Origin: Basidiobolus meristosporus CBS 931.73
Taxonomy: Eukaryota; Fungi; Basidiobolomycota
Assembly: GCA_002104905.1 (NCBI GenBank)
Contig: MCFE01000248.1
Span: forward strand, 1 to 64,000
Direction: 5' to 3'
Length of the DNA stretch: 64,000 nt
The notes beneath the pieces are model-generated. The model searched no databases. It was not told where the DNA came from and was given only the letters and a program-made list of their open reading frames with translations. Position numbers and translations under genes: made by a program. Positions 26,301 through 39,222 of the stretch are shown here, one piece after another (position 1 is the stretch's first letter; every line of letters begins with the position of its first letter).

Positions 26301-28059
26301 CATTGCCTTTGAATCCAAGAAACTGAACTCAGCAGAACAAAACTATCCAGTGCATGAGAAGGAAATGCTTGCTATAATACACTGTTTGAAGACATGGAGA
26401 TGCTATATTGAAGGAGTCAAACGCACTGTAAAGACTGATCATGCCTCCCTCAAGTATGTATTTACTCAGAAGGTACTCTCTAGAAGAATGCCAAGATGGA
26501 GTGAATACATTCAGCAATTTGACTTAGATATTATCTACTGCCCTGGAAAAAACAACACAGTTGCTGACACCTTATCAAGATTAGATCAAGTTGCACTACT
26601 CACCTTGGTGCATGAATCAGATTGGCCTAGCCTATTACCAAAGTACTTGGAGGACCAAGCCATTCATAATGAGGTGGATGAAGATATGAAGAAGATAATC
26701 TGGGATGAAGCCAGCAAATTTGTAGTACAGGATGAAACACTCTACCAAATTGTTGATGGAAGCCCTATTGCCTATTGCCTATATCCCTTATGTTTCTTGC
26801 CTGGATTTAATACATAAGCTACACAATGAACATAGATATCTTGGAATTGAAGGAACCTATAGCCTTGTGAAAGCCTCAGCATGGTGGCCCAGAATGAAAC
26901 ATGACATTGAGAAGCTAGTGAAAGCATGCCCAAAATGCCAAATCAACAAAGGCCAACCACAGAGAATTGCTGAACTCCTTCCCTTGGAGCCTGTAAGACC
27001 ATTTGAAAGATGGGGAATTGACTTTATTGGAAGACTGCCAACTACCAGGAAATGTAACTGTTGGATCTTAGTAGCAATTGACCATGTCACTAAATGGCCA
27101 GTGGCTAAAGCTGTACCTATAGCCAGTGAACAAGAAGTTGCAAGTTTCATATACAATGAGATTCTTATGAAGTTTGGATGCCCTGTAGAGATTCTATCTG
27201 ATAGAGGTGCAAACTGTATGGCAAAGACATTGGAAGCTTACCTGGAAATGCAGCAGATCAAGCACTTGAAAACCTCAGCATATCACTGAACAGTTTAATG
27301 GATTATTTTGAAAATGCTGACCAAGTTTGCAGATGGAATTGTCAGTAGGTGGGATGAGTATATAGACCAAGCACTCTTTGCATGCTGAGTCAGAGTACAC
27401 AACACCACCCAGCATTTGCCATTTTACTTAGTGTATGGATGGGTACCAAGGATTCCAGGAAATCTCACACAACCAAGCTTACAGACACCTTAGAAGGTGA
27501 ACTCAGTCTGCCCAGTAGACACCAGCAACTGGAACAAAGATGTCAAGAGGCACAGACCAAAGTATCTCAAAGTGCAGAGATGATGAAGCAGAGATTTGAT
27601 AAGCCTATAGCACCAGAAGCATTGACAGTTGGGAACTTGGTATTGCTAAGAAACAACACTCAGAAGAAGTTTGAGCCACAATGAACAGGACCATACCAGA
27701 TCATCAGAGAATGTACATTTGCAACTTACCAATTAGTGGACAAGCAAGGCAATATCCTGGAAGACTTAGTGCACAGGGACAGACTGAAGCTTGCAAGAGT
27801 TGCGGATAGTACTGAACCATCAAGATATTAGTATCACAAGAAAAGAGATTCAGGAGAACCCTCTCACTTTAGCAGGTGAGAATGTTATGATCTGCTGCTT
27901 GAATGTTTAAGTTAGATAAGCTTTTATTCAAATCAATCAGTTATATGTTTAGGCTATCAGTATATTAGTATTATCTATCAAATCAGTGGCATTAGTCAGC
28001 AAATGAATCAGCAGATCCTTATCTGACAGAAATAGATATATTAGGTAGGATCTTATTGG
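23359..28059 (+). mobile_element. Ty3/Gypsy element, decayed, 3' LTR truncated
   Basis: 5' LTR at 23359-23727 followed by TGGTGGCA PBS-like sequence. Gag with CCHC, protease (IDSGA), RT (YLDD), RNase H (TDASDYAIG) and integrase (ERWGIDFIG) in Gypsy order. The 3' LTR starts at 27883 and breaks at ~28059. Confidence 0.9.
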
Positions 28060-31000
28060 AGCAGGGAATGAAGTGAGTCTTTATTGTGAGTCTATCTGCC
28101 ACTACTAACACTGGAATGAATTGGTTGGATTCTGTAAGGCTGGCTATGAAGCCCATTGAAATTAACTTCCAATACTGGTCAGGAATTGGTCAGGGTTGAA
28201 GAAGCCCATATGGCTGGTGATTGGCAGATTTAACATGATTACATGAATCACAGCATTGGAGGTATTCCTTGACAAGGGATATTGTCTTGGGCCACCAGAA
28301 GTCTCTCTTGATTGCATTCATGGTTCTGGCAGTACCAAAATGTCCTGCAGCCATTGAATCATGGCAAGAATTGATGATATCTAACTGGGAATCAAGGTCT
28401 GGGACAAACAGCTGGTGCTGGTAATGGATGATGTCATAGGATAGATGTATGTGCTGGAGGTTTGGAAACTTGGTTGGTGGGTCAGTGGGAGACTTGAGGT
28501 TTTTCTTGATTGTTGCTGCAGTGGAGTTGGTGGCTTGGCTGGTCTTGACTTCCTCTAGGAGTAAATGAGCTATAGTACTGGAGGACATGGCTGCAAGGAG
28601 CTCAAGATGTCTTTTGTTGAGTACAGGGTTTGTCATTTGCCAACAGGCATCATCCCATTCTTCAAGGGAATACTCCACCATTCTGGACAGGGCATCAAGT
28701 TTTCCTTGTTTCACACCTGGTCAATAGGTGATGACAAAGTCAAAGCTAGACAGGAAGAGGGACTATCTGGCTTGTCTCCTGTTTAGTACTCATCAGATGG
28801 TAAAGTACTTAAGGTTCTTGTGGTCACAGAAGATCTTTATTGCTTGGGCTGCACCATCAAGGTAGTGTCTCCAATGTTCAAAGGCAACTGTGATTGCAAG
28901 TAATTCCTTGTCATGAATATCATAGTTTACTTCAGCTGGAGTAAACTTTGGAGAGTAGAATGCAATAGGGTGTAGCTCATTCATGTCATCATACTGCAAA
29001 AGGATTCCACCAAGGGCAAATTCAGAGGCATTTGTTTCTATGATGCAAGGTCTCTCAAGGTCAGGGTGGGCAAGCAGTGAGGCATTCAAGAAGGATTTCA
29101 TGATATACTCAAAGGACTCAGACTGTTCCTTATTCCAGGCAAAGGGCAGATTTTTCTGGGTGAGCTTTGTCAAGGGAGTGACTCTCTTAGAGTAGTTGGC
29201 AATGAAGCTACAATAGAAACTGGCCAGTTCAAGGAAAGATTGCACTTCTCTTACAGAACAGGGAGCTTTCCAGGATTGGATTGCTTCTACTTTCATGATG
29301 TCCATTTTTGTTCCATTTGAGCTTAAAAGATAACCTAGGAACTCAACTTCTTTCTGGTCAAACTCACATCTTTCCAGTTTGGCATAGAGGTCAGCAGTGT
29401 CAAGCTTGATCATGACTTTCTTCACATGGGAATTATGCTCTTCTTGAGTCTTGGAGTAGATCAGGATATCATCAAGGTAGATAACCACAAATTGGTCAAA
29501 GTACTCACAGAATATGTTATTCATCAGGTGTTGAAAGACAGCTGGGGCATTGTTGAGGCCAAATGGCATAAACTTATACTCAGAGTGACCATATCTTGTT
29601 CTGAAGGCAGCTTTCCATTCATTGCAAACTTAATCCTGACAAGGTTATAAGTTCCTCTGAGGTCAGTTTTAGTATATACTTTGACAGCAGAGAGTTGATC
29701 CAACAGGGTGCTTATCAGGGGCCAAGGGTCCCAGTTCTTGATTGTGATCTTATTCAGTACACTATAGTCTACACACATTCTTAGCGTACCATCCTTTTTT
29801 TTGACAAAGTGAATTGGGGCACCAGCTGAGGACTTGGAGTGCTGTATAAGTCCTTTCTGGATGTTTTCTTTTATATAACAATGGAGTTCTCTCAGCTTAG
29901 CCTGCAGAAGGTTGTAGATAGGACCAAAAGGTGGGGTTTTTCCATCTTCAAGGTCAATGGGACAATCATAGGGTCTATGTGCTGGGAGTAGTTCTGCTTT
30001 CTTCTTATCAAAGACATGGGCAAACTCTTGGTACTTAGCATGTACTCCATTGGTGGGGGTACCGGTAGTGATGATGGGCTCCTGGGTCTGGGGTAGCTTT
30101 GGAAGAGCTATTTCTTCACCTGAGAAATCTGGTGCTTTCATGGAGCTGACCTGATGGACTCTGGGAAATGTCAGAATTTTGGTCTTCCAGTTGATAGCTG
30201 GGTTATGTTGATTAAGCCATGAGCTTCCATGGACTATGGGGTAGTGGGTAGAGTTGATGATGTTGAAGGCTATTGTCTTGTGGTGACCAATACTGGACAG
30301 CTGGAGTAGACATGTCTTATAGGTAATTGCACAAAAGGAGAGGGATCTTCCATCAATAACTTCTACTTGGACAGGATAGGATTTTAGGATAGTGGGGATT
30401 TTGTGCTTCTGGACAAAGGACTGGTCAATGAAACCAGAGGAAGCACTGGAATCTATGAGGGCAAGGCTGATAAGTATGTTGGAGCTTCTGTTTCTTCTGA
30501 AAAAGGCAATTATCACATTGGATTACTTGATGTATAGCTTCACCCAAAGTATTTCAGTCAGGGAGTGTGAGAAGTAGGTCACTGACTTCATCATTGAGTC
30601 CATCTTGAAACTGCCAAATTAGGGCAGCATCACCCCATAGGATCAAGTTACTGGCTAGTAGATGGAATTCAGAAGCTTACACAGATGCAGGTCTGCTTCC
30701 TTGCTTCAAGCTCTTAATCTTGTTGGCAGCAGTTTTAGCTTGGTCAATATTGCCAAATGTAAGCTCCATTTCTGTGGGGAAGGCGTGGTAGTCACTGAGT
30801 AGTGGGGAGTTGGCTTCTACCAAAGGGGAGAACCATTCTGGGCAGTTCCAATAAACAGGTTTGAGATATATCCAACTTTTGCCTTATCAGTTGGGAACTG
30901 ATTGGATTGTAGCAACAAGTGGTGCTTGACTATGTTGATGAAACCTCAGAACTCATTATGGGAGCCACTGAACTTGGTAGTGGATGTGATCTTGGGATCA

Positions 31001-32069
31001 TGGTAGGAGGGGTTATGAATAAGCTGTTGAGTATTTAGGCTCTGAAGCTGAGCAACTGTGTTTCTGAGATCTGCATTGTCTTGTTGCAGCTGGGCAAAGG
31101 CAGCCATGACACTAGGAAAGTTGTACTCTGGACTGGACATGTTGGGGTAGCAGGAGGTGAGAGGTTTGTGGATCTTGTTCAGGAATACAGGATACTACTA
31201 GCTAATATGTGGGTTATAAAGCAACTAGTTTGTCAAGAATACAATTGTTGAGCCACAATCCCAAACTTTGAATAGGTTAGCATCACTTCTGAGGGTCCTG
31301 GCCTTAACATCCTTTGATAGAGTATTGTACTAATGCTTCCAATACTGTAACAACTGTAAGCCACACCAACATTGTAATAAAGTGAATGCATCTTTGTCCA
31401 ATAATTTTACAAAGATAAAGTAACTTTGCCTTTAGAGGACAAGACTAGGGAAAGATTCAGGGTGATACTTATGGTAGGTATTCCTTTAAAGTTCTTCTCA
31501 AGTGCTTTGGGTAGAAGACAGAGATCCACAGATAAGTCAAGAGCAGTCTGATGCAACTGTAATGAATAGACACAAGGCAGGAGAGTAGAGCTAGGCAAGG
31601 CAGGACCAGGAAAGGACTTGGGTGTGTATCAACTAGGTAAGGCTGTTTATTCAAGACCTGTGTTTATCAGACCAAAGAATACACAGGTGGGATAGGACTC
31701 TATGTATCTTTTGGCAATATGGATGCCAAGAGATATTGGCTAATACTGATGGGGCTCTTGGGTAAGGCTCAGTAAGTGTGCCAAGATGGAAATATACCAA
31801 AGAACAGACTAGAATATCATATGAGGATATGCCAGGTATCAGCTGATCAGGTGCCTAGGTCATGTGGCATGTAGTTACCATAAGTGGGATTCAGCTACAT
31901 CAATTCCAAAATAGAGCTTCCATAGAATGTTCCACTGTGTGATGCTGACTGGGAGCCTTCCAGAAGCTGCTAGAATATGGTAGAACTCTCTAGAAGGAAC
32001 TGTGCATTTCTTGACCTACTTGATTTGGCTTCAACACTGGTTTACCAGGGATGTCTTGTGATTATGACA
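28060..32069 (-). mobile_element. Ty3/Gypsy element of Tf2/chromovirus-like type, 3'-truncated
   Basis: LTR at 31373-32069 (TGTCATAA...TTATTACA). Gag start 31140, protease (LIDSSAS), RT (MPFGLNNAP, YLDD), RNase H (ETNASEFALG) and integrase zinc finger (HDSMAAGHFG). Ends before the catalytic core is complete. Confidence 0.85.
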
Positions 32070-32149
32070 CTCTAAGGCTTCCTCTCCTACACCTTAAGGA
32101 GGGCATTCTTCCCCTATAGCAATATTAAATGTCTTCCTTCTTGTTGCTA

Positions 32150-32520
32150 GATCTTGATCCTGCCATTCCTGACTTATTAATTAGATCCATCCAACTTCCC
32201 AGCAGATGAAGAAGCTCCAGTAATAGTAGTACTATACATTCTACAGAGTAGCAGCCTGAGGCTCATAACCTGTGGTGAAAGCTTTAGAAATATCAATACT
32301 AATTGGGAGAAGAAGTACATTATGTGGTTCCCACTTGATGATTTATTGAATGTGAAAGTGGTACTTATTTTTTTACAAGGTCTTAGAAATTCAAGCATAT
32401 ATGTTATGCTAAGGGATGGCTCAAGAGCACATGTGCAAAGCTTGGGGCTATTAGGACAACATATTAAAATCTCATGTTCTTGGCACCTGATACGTTGTTA
32501 AATTACTCCAAGTAAGTCCT
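32150..32520 (-). mobile_element. Copia family B-like LTR fragment, PBS and gag start
   Basis: ggttatgagcct PBS on the minus strand at ~32262-32273, gag start ...KLDGSN, and LTR-like sequence resembling the family B LTR 3' half. Confidence 0.6.
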
Positions 32521-32609
32521 GACACAGAATTTGGTTGGAATTCTCTGACACTTATAGTTACTGACCTAAGTGACTATGCTGTGTGAGCATTTAGGTGTAA
32601 CTACATATT

Positions 32610-34750
32610 TGACTTGTTCCATTGTACCGTGCCAGGGCATGCAGCACAATCTGCAGTTGTAAAGAACAATTGGCTGCAATATTCAAGCTACCAGAAGGCA
32701 GGATAGTTCTTGGACAATTTTGCACTAGGTGGGACAATCTTGCACACTATGGCACAATCTGACACAATGAGGTTGCCACGGATGTTTGCGCCAACTTGTA
32801 ATGTTTGCATCATGTGCACAATTGGATACCACTATTATGGCAGGTAAAATCCGGTATTTGGATATGTTTCTTTAATGTGAATGGAAATAAATGTGTATCA
32901 CACTATAAACTACACTGATACTTACCATGTTGGTTACCATCATTCCAATTGGATGGTATCTCAATGGTTAATTGGTCCAAAAGTATCCTGAAGCTGGCAG
33001 CCCCCAATTGGCATATTGACTACTAAAAAAGCTACCTGATTTGCCATCAAATATCCCATTTTGCCCATTGAGCAAGTAAATTCCTGATTGTAGTGATTGG
33101 ACAAGGTGTCATAGCTAGCACGCAAGCAATTGGGTAGGTGCAAAACAGATTTAATAGCTGCACTGGTATTATAGATGATGTATATATATGCAGGGTTTTT
33201 ATTTATAGGGGTTCTGTCTCAAATATGAGACAACCTTGATATTACTTATATCAAAAATTTGATGATCACTGATTTGTGATGGCTTGATTCAGATTGCAAA
33301 AAAAAAGGGTTGTTGGGATCATTACAAATAATAGCAATCCAAAGCAATCGCATCATCTTCTCCTGGGTTTTTTTCTCACAGGGATTACTACTGAAGCATT
33401 TGGTAGTGACTCACTTTGCACACCTATACTACTTCCTGGCTGACTATAATCTTGGCTACTTGTGTATTTGTAGTCAGTATTTTGCCTCCTAGTTGATGAG
33501 TGCAATGCTGCAGCTTGGCCATGCTGAATTGCTCCGACTGAACAGACTGAACCGGCCTGGAGTGCCATGCGCTGACGCGTTCTTTTATTGGCAAGGGCTC
33601 TGGTGGTTAAGGCACTTCATGTTTGTCATCATCAGTCAGTTCACCAGAAGTAACTTGCTGATGGTCAGGCAAAATGGCACACACAGGCGCGCCTTGACAT
33701 GTTGAGATGGCCCTTGGCTGAGTTTGATGTGATGCTGCATGTTGATGCAACTTGGTCCGCTCCAATGGACTTGTGTCTAAATGGGCAGTTTGGCGAGTTC
33801 TGGTAGTTTTGCTCTGAAGCGCGCGCATTGACCCAACATGCGTTGACTTGACGTGGGGTGCTCTGGTAAAGGGTGTTGGCATAGTCTGGACTGACAAGTG
33901 CCGGCGTGCTGTGGTTGCAAGAGATGGTAAGGAATCTAGCAAGGCGTGCTGGCGCAATCTGGACAATGTTGCTTGCGGTCTGTATTCTTCCTCCTGAAGC
34001 TCACCATCTAATTCTTCAAGGTATTCACTTACCCTCTGTCTGATACTTTGAAGCTGTTGCCTGGATGAGTCCTGTGTATATTGCTCTGGGAAGCCACTTA
34101 GCTCTACTGATATATCACGTAGTAAATTAGTCATTTGAGGCAAAAACTCATTCAAAATCTCTTTGGTTCCCAAAGTTGAGGCACAAACAGACATGTCCGG
34201 CCTGTACTGTGCAAATTGCACACCAAATTGTTCCTGCGTGGCTTCTTCATCAAATTCCCTCACTCTCAGCTCATTCTTGATTTCAATACTTGTCTTGTTA
34301 TATATCTTCTTACATACATTGGCTGGCATCTTGATGTAGAACTCATGCCACAGCTTTCTACTCAAATTCTTCCATCTTTGTCAACTCTCTAAGGTATCTT
34401 GTTCTGCTAGATTAATCAGTAATGCCCAAATATCTGCATGAAGGCTCATCATAGACACTTGGGCCATACTAAAGTCATTTGGCAAGAACTCAAATGGATC
34501 CAACATTGACTTTTCCGGTCCTGACCGCGCTTGTGAGCTGGGGGATGGGTTTTGTCTGGGTTGTATTAAAGATGAGTAGAGGCTTGGTATGGGGACCATA
34601 GCAACAGATTTGGATACTTATACAGCAGTATATTGGCATCAACCTGGTCTTATATGAAATATATATGGAAACTAATGTGATTGTTGAATTCTCCATATTT
34701 TATGCTTGATGCATCTTGGATTGCATTGACACAGATCAGATCATATCAAT
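32610..34750 (-). mobile_element. PHIS transposon right-arm copy (terminus plus ORF2 pseudogene)
   Basis: Reverse complement of ~44675-46814. Terminus (T)GACTTGTTCC at 32610. ORF pieces 34490-34696, 33607-34365 and 33353-33568 match ORF2. Confidence 0.88.
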
Positions 34751-34771
34751 CAAAGATAGGCCAAAGTGTTA

Positions 34772-35657
34772 ATGGTGAGCCTTCATACAGATACTTGGGA
34801 ACTACTCATTAATCTAGCAGAACTAGATACCTCAGAGAGTCAACAAAGATGGAAGAATTTGAGTAGAAAGCAGTGACATGAGTTCTACATCAAGATGCCA
34901 GCAGATGTATGTAAGAAGGTATATAACAAGACAAGTATTGAAATCAAGAATGAGCTGAGAGTGAGGGAATTTGATGAGGAAGCCATACAGGAACAGTTTT
35001 GCATGCATTTGCACAGTATGGGCCAGATGCATCCTTTCATGGCTCAACTTTGGGAACCAAATAGATTTTGAATGAGTTTTTGCCTCAAATGACTAATGTA
35101 TTACATGATATATTACTAGAGCCAAGTGGCTTCCAAGAGCAATATACACAGGACTCATCCAGGCAACAGTTCCAAAGTATCAGAGAGAGGGTTAGTGAAT
35201 ACCTTGAAGAATCAGATGGTGAGCTTCAGGAGGAAGAATACAGACCGCAAGCAGAGGAAGAATACAGACTACAAGCAACAACTTCTAGATTGCACCAACA
35301 CTCCTTACTGGATTCCTTACCATCCCTTGCAACTTCAGTGTGCCAGCACACATCAGTCCAAACTACACCAACACCTTTACAAGAGTGCCCTGCATTGAGT
35401 CAACATGTGTGCTTCAGAGCAAAACCACCATAACTTGCCCAGCTGCTCATTTAGACACAAGTCCATTAGAGCAGGCCAAGTTGCATCTACAAGCAGCATC
35501 AAATTGAACTCAGCCAAGGGCCATGCCAGCGCATCAAGTTGCACCTGTGCATGTCATTACACCTGACCATCAGCAAGTTTCTTCTGGTAAACTGACTGAA
35601 GATGGCCCTCATGAAGAGCCTCCAGCACTAGAGCCTTTGGCAAGTAAAAGAACATGT
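34772..35657 (+). pseudogene. Third ORF2 fragment of the PHIS element, cut by a Gag-Pro LTR
   Basis: Colinear with 44970-45850. Carries an in-frame 24-bp duplication (EEEYRPQA/EEEYRLQA). Abuts the LTR at 35658. Confidence 0.85.
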
Positions 35658-37977
35658 TGTGGTGGTGTAGAGGTACTCCTGGGTGAAGCAACACAACTCA
35701 AGGTGTGGGAGGTGTCTAATGGGTGCTATAACCTCTATGTCTAAACTGCTGGTGTCTATGTCAATATGTCACTATGATAAAGCTCCTGCTTTTCTAGCTT
35801 CCCAGATGCTCCAAGTATCTTCAAAGGACTCTGTGTGTCTTGTGCACTTCCCTAAAAAGCTCCTTGATGGTAAGTCTGAGGTGTAAATGTTAAAGGTAGG
35901 TGCAGTGATCAACTGCTAATCAATAAGGGGAAAGTGTTACTGATAGAAGGGATGATTTATTGATGAGGGATTGCCTTCCCTTAAGTACTTTTTCTGATTG
36001 CCAAGTGATTACCAATGACAAGGTTCTAGAAGATTCCAGGCATCAGTGGATTCTTGATGACATCATTATGAGCTAAAAATATGCCAAGAATGTCCTGGAA
36101 GGTTCTAAAAGGCATAGCACATCCAACCAGTTAGGGATCAGTAGTCTGAAACCTGTGCAACATAGAGATACCATATATGGTATATATATGGTAAGGATGG
36201 TAACACAGACTTAGGTCATGTGTCACTGGTGCTGATGCCAGTACTTGCCAAATGTTGATACATAGATAGATCACAAAGCTGAATAACATCAGGGATAACT
36301 AATGTTAGTAGCTAATCAGGGTAAACCTCATATGAGGATAATACTAATAATATGGGCAAAAGAGAATTGGGATAATACTGATAAAATAAGATATGGATTA
36401 GGACATTATAATAGCTATATGAATAAAATTGTCTGTGGGAGGTATGTGGACCCTCCCACATCCACACCCCACTTGATCTAAGAAGTTCTCTGAAACTTTT
36501 TAGCTAACCACTGAAAGTATGGAGAACAAAGTGCTCTCTTAGTAATCCTCAATGAAGCCACCTGTCTTTTCTTGGGATAGAAATCTACATGATGTCATTG
36601 ATTGGATATTGCTTGGGTCCACACCACAGAAGGTAGCTGTTAGTCCTGGGCTCTCTGAGTATATAGTATACCATGCTGAACCATCTGGGTAGTTCACTGC
36701 AGTTGCTCTTGCTTTCACCTCCCATGGTCTTCTAAGAAGTAATTCCAAGTTAGCCTTTGCACAAATGAAGACTAGGGTCTCATGGAGTATTCTTTTAATG
36801 ATGAGAGGGAAGCTGTGGATAATTCCTAAAAGCTTTGATTTCCCTGAGTTGGCATCCTTCATGCTCTAATTGATATTGGTGTCTATGAATAATAGGTCCT
36901 TGTACGGTAGTTGGTTCCAAGCCTCCAAAGGCATCACACATATCTCAGATCCTCTGTCTATATGACATAGGATTTCTTGATTATGCACAGTCCCAGTATT
37001 TGTTGCAGTTGCCACTGAGTAGTAGTGTTTTTGGCTTTGACCCTGCTTACTGATATCTTGGTTTCCTTGAACTGTCTTTACCTGGTTGCCTTGGGTTGCT
37101 TCAATTGGATGCTTTCTTACTCTGATGTGCTGATCCAGAGTCTTTCCTACTGAGGGTGATACACTGAGTAGCTCTCCAACCTTATTTGGTATGTTGCTAC
37201 CTAGTGTATGACTGGTCAAAGCCTCTCTGGTACCATTTTGCTTGACTCTAAGCTGCATGTGGTAGTAGTTGGCCTTGGCAGACTCATGCAAGATTAATGG
37301 GGGTGATGCTTTCTGATCAATCACAACTACTTGCTCACACCTTTGTACTTTTGTTGATGGGCCTGGATAAGCCATCTTTTCAGGAAGATGTCTCTTTGAA
37401 GCATAACTTGAGGCTATATGATCTTGGGCCTCTCTGGGGTACTCATAGTCAAAGTTCAGATCTTCAGCTGGATCCAAGTAGTTAGGATCTTCTTCTTCAT
37501 GGAGGTACACCTTTCTTGTATGAGAGGTGACTTGCTTGTAGTGAACTCTTACTCCTCCTTGTCCAAATGCTGTGGATAATTTGTCACCATGCTTACTGAC
37601 TATATATCCCTGAGGACTGTACAGGACATCACCTGTGGATAGTAATGACTGAAGCACTTGGCAATTTCACTTGAAATGGTTGGCAGAGTCACACCATATA
37701 CATGTATATTTAATCTCTTTCTCTACTGACTTCTGTCCATATGCTTGGCTGGCCAGTAGCACAGAAAGTTTCTCTAGTTGCTGTGTCAGCTCCTGAATTT
37801 GAGTATTCTGCTTTCTGGATTACGTAAGTCTTGGCTATCTTTGTTTTGTGCTGGGCTCAAAAGAAGCTTTCCTATTGGTGAGGTTTCTTCAGGGGCAAGT
37901 AGAATCTGCGTAGCTAACTGAAATGCAAGCAGTGAACTCATAGCTCCCACAGTAGGATCACTTTCAATCCTTGTAAC
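35658..37977 (-). mobile_element. Older, 5'-truncated copy of the Gag-protease-only LTR element
   Basis: 3' LTR at 35658-36460 with adjacent PPT. ORF pieces 36866-37657 and 36539-36862 match the 618-aa ORF and end at the same position (GGFIEDY*). Confidence 0.9.
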
Positions 37978-38888
37978 TAACTAAGTTATTCCCTATTGCT
38001 TCATCTATGAGATGATGTCTAATATCTATGTGTTTAGTTCTGGCATGAAAAGTTAGATATCTACCTAATTGTATACATCCTTGATTATCTCAAAATAAAG
38101 TTATAGGTGTTTTTTGACATAAGCCTTAATCTATAAAAAGCTTTCTTAACCACATTGCTTCTTTTGTAGCTTCACAGGCTGCCATATACTCTGCCTCTGT
38201 GATGGAAAGTCCCCTGGTTGGTTGCTTTCTTGAATTCCATCAAACTGCTCCTTTACAGTAAAGAAATAGACTTGTTCCATCATTCCAGCTGATCATAGTG
38301 CCTAATAGTGCCATAGCATGCCAGATGGTGCTTGATCATGCCACAGAGTGACAGTTGGTGCCATACAATGCCAATTTGGGATCAAAATTGACATGCATAT
38401 GACCCTAAAATATCAAATTTATAACAAAATATACAGCACTTTCTGGCACTATGATCAATGGCACAATGGAAAAAGCTAAATATGTATCCTGTGGTGGGTC
38501 TTCTGTCTTTTAAATATTGTCCCCAATCAGCATCAGAGTATCCCACAAGACCCTGCCCTGAATTCTTATAAGTGTATCATAAGCAGATATTGGCAGTTGC
38601 TTTAGGTATCTAAAAATCTGCTTAACTGCTGCAATATGATCAGATCCATAGTTCTGATTTTGCTGGCTGACAACTCCCACAGAATATAAAATATCTGGAC
38701 ATGTTCCATGCATAAAATACATCCGACTGACAACCATAGATTGATAAGGAAAGGGCTTTTAGATGGCACCAAGCTCTCCTGATTTGGTTGAGTTGTGACC
38801 AAGTAAAGGTTTGTCTCCATTGGTGTAGCTGCTGGTTTACAGTCTTCCATTTGGTACTTCTTTAATATGTATTGAATATACTTGCATT
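37978..38888 (-). mobile_element. Copia family B RT/RNase H 3' fragment
   Basis: KYIQYILKKYQMEDCKPAATPMETN...HID. Begins exactly at AATGC next to an LTR start. Confidence 0.85.
38268..38478. mobile_element. Short MITE with PHIS-family termini
   Basis: AGACTTGTTCCAT...ATGGAAAAAGCTA with internal TAGTGCC/GGCACTA motifs and AAT on both flanks. Removing it restores the Copia frame TTGYIFLYCKG. Confidence 0.75.
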
Positions 38889-39222
38889 TGTTGTAAAAGT
38901 AAGTAATTCCACCTAAATATTCACCAAACTTAGTCACTTAGATCATAACCCTCAAATCCTAGAGAATACTGACCAAATTTCCTGTTGGCATCCTGGAGAA
39001 TACTGACCAAATTCCTGGTTGGAATTTACTTAGAATAATAAACTTGTTCTGTTGAATAGTGCCATATAGTGCCAGCCTGTTTATGGTGCCGGATCAATCT
39101 GGCACTCTACAGCACTATCTGGCACTATAATTTCTACCATGATGCCAGTGGTATGATACAGTTACTGGTAATTCTACTCAATCTTATTTATGTTGCTCAG
39201 AATAATGCTTTACTTGCTTTAT

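Noticed and set aside
28060-28200. Chromodomain for the Tf2-like Gypsy element
   Set aside because: The element is truncated within integrase, so no chromodomain is visible; the chromovirus call rests on gag/pol style only.
31350-31372. Self-priming PBS for the second Gypsy element
   Set aside because: Only a weak partial complement (ttgggtgtg at ~31618) was found in the LTR.
38957-39024. 34-bp tandem duplication in the LTR as the inversion crossover scar
   Set aside because: The candidate partner LTR (60735-61083) has no reciprocal deletion; slippage explains it equally well.
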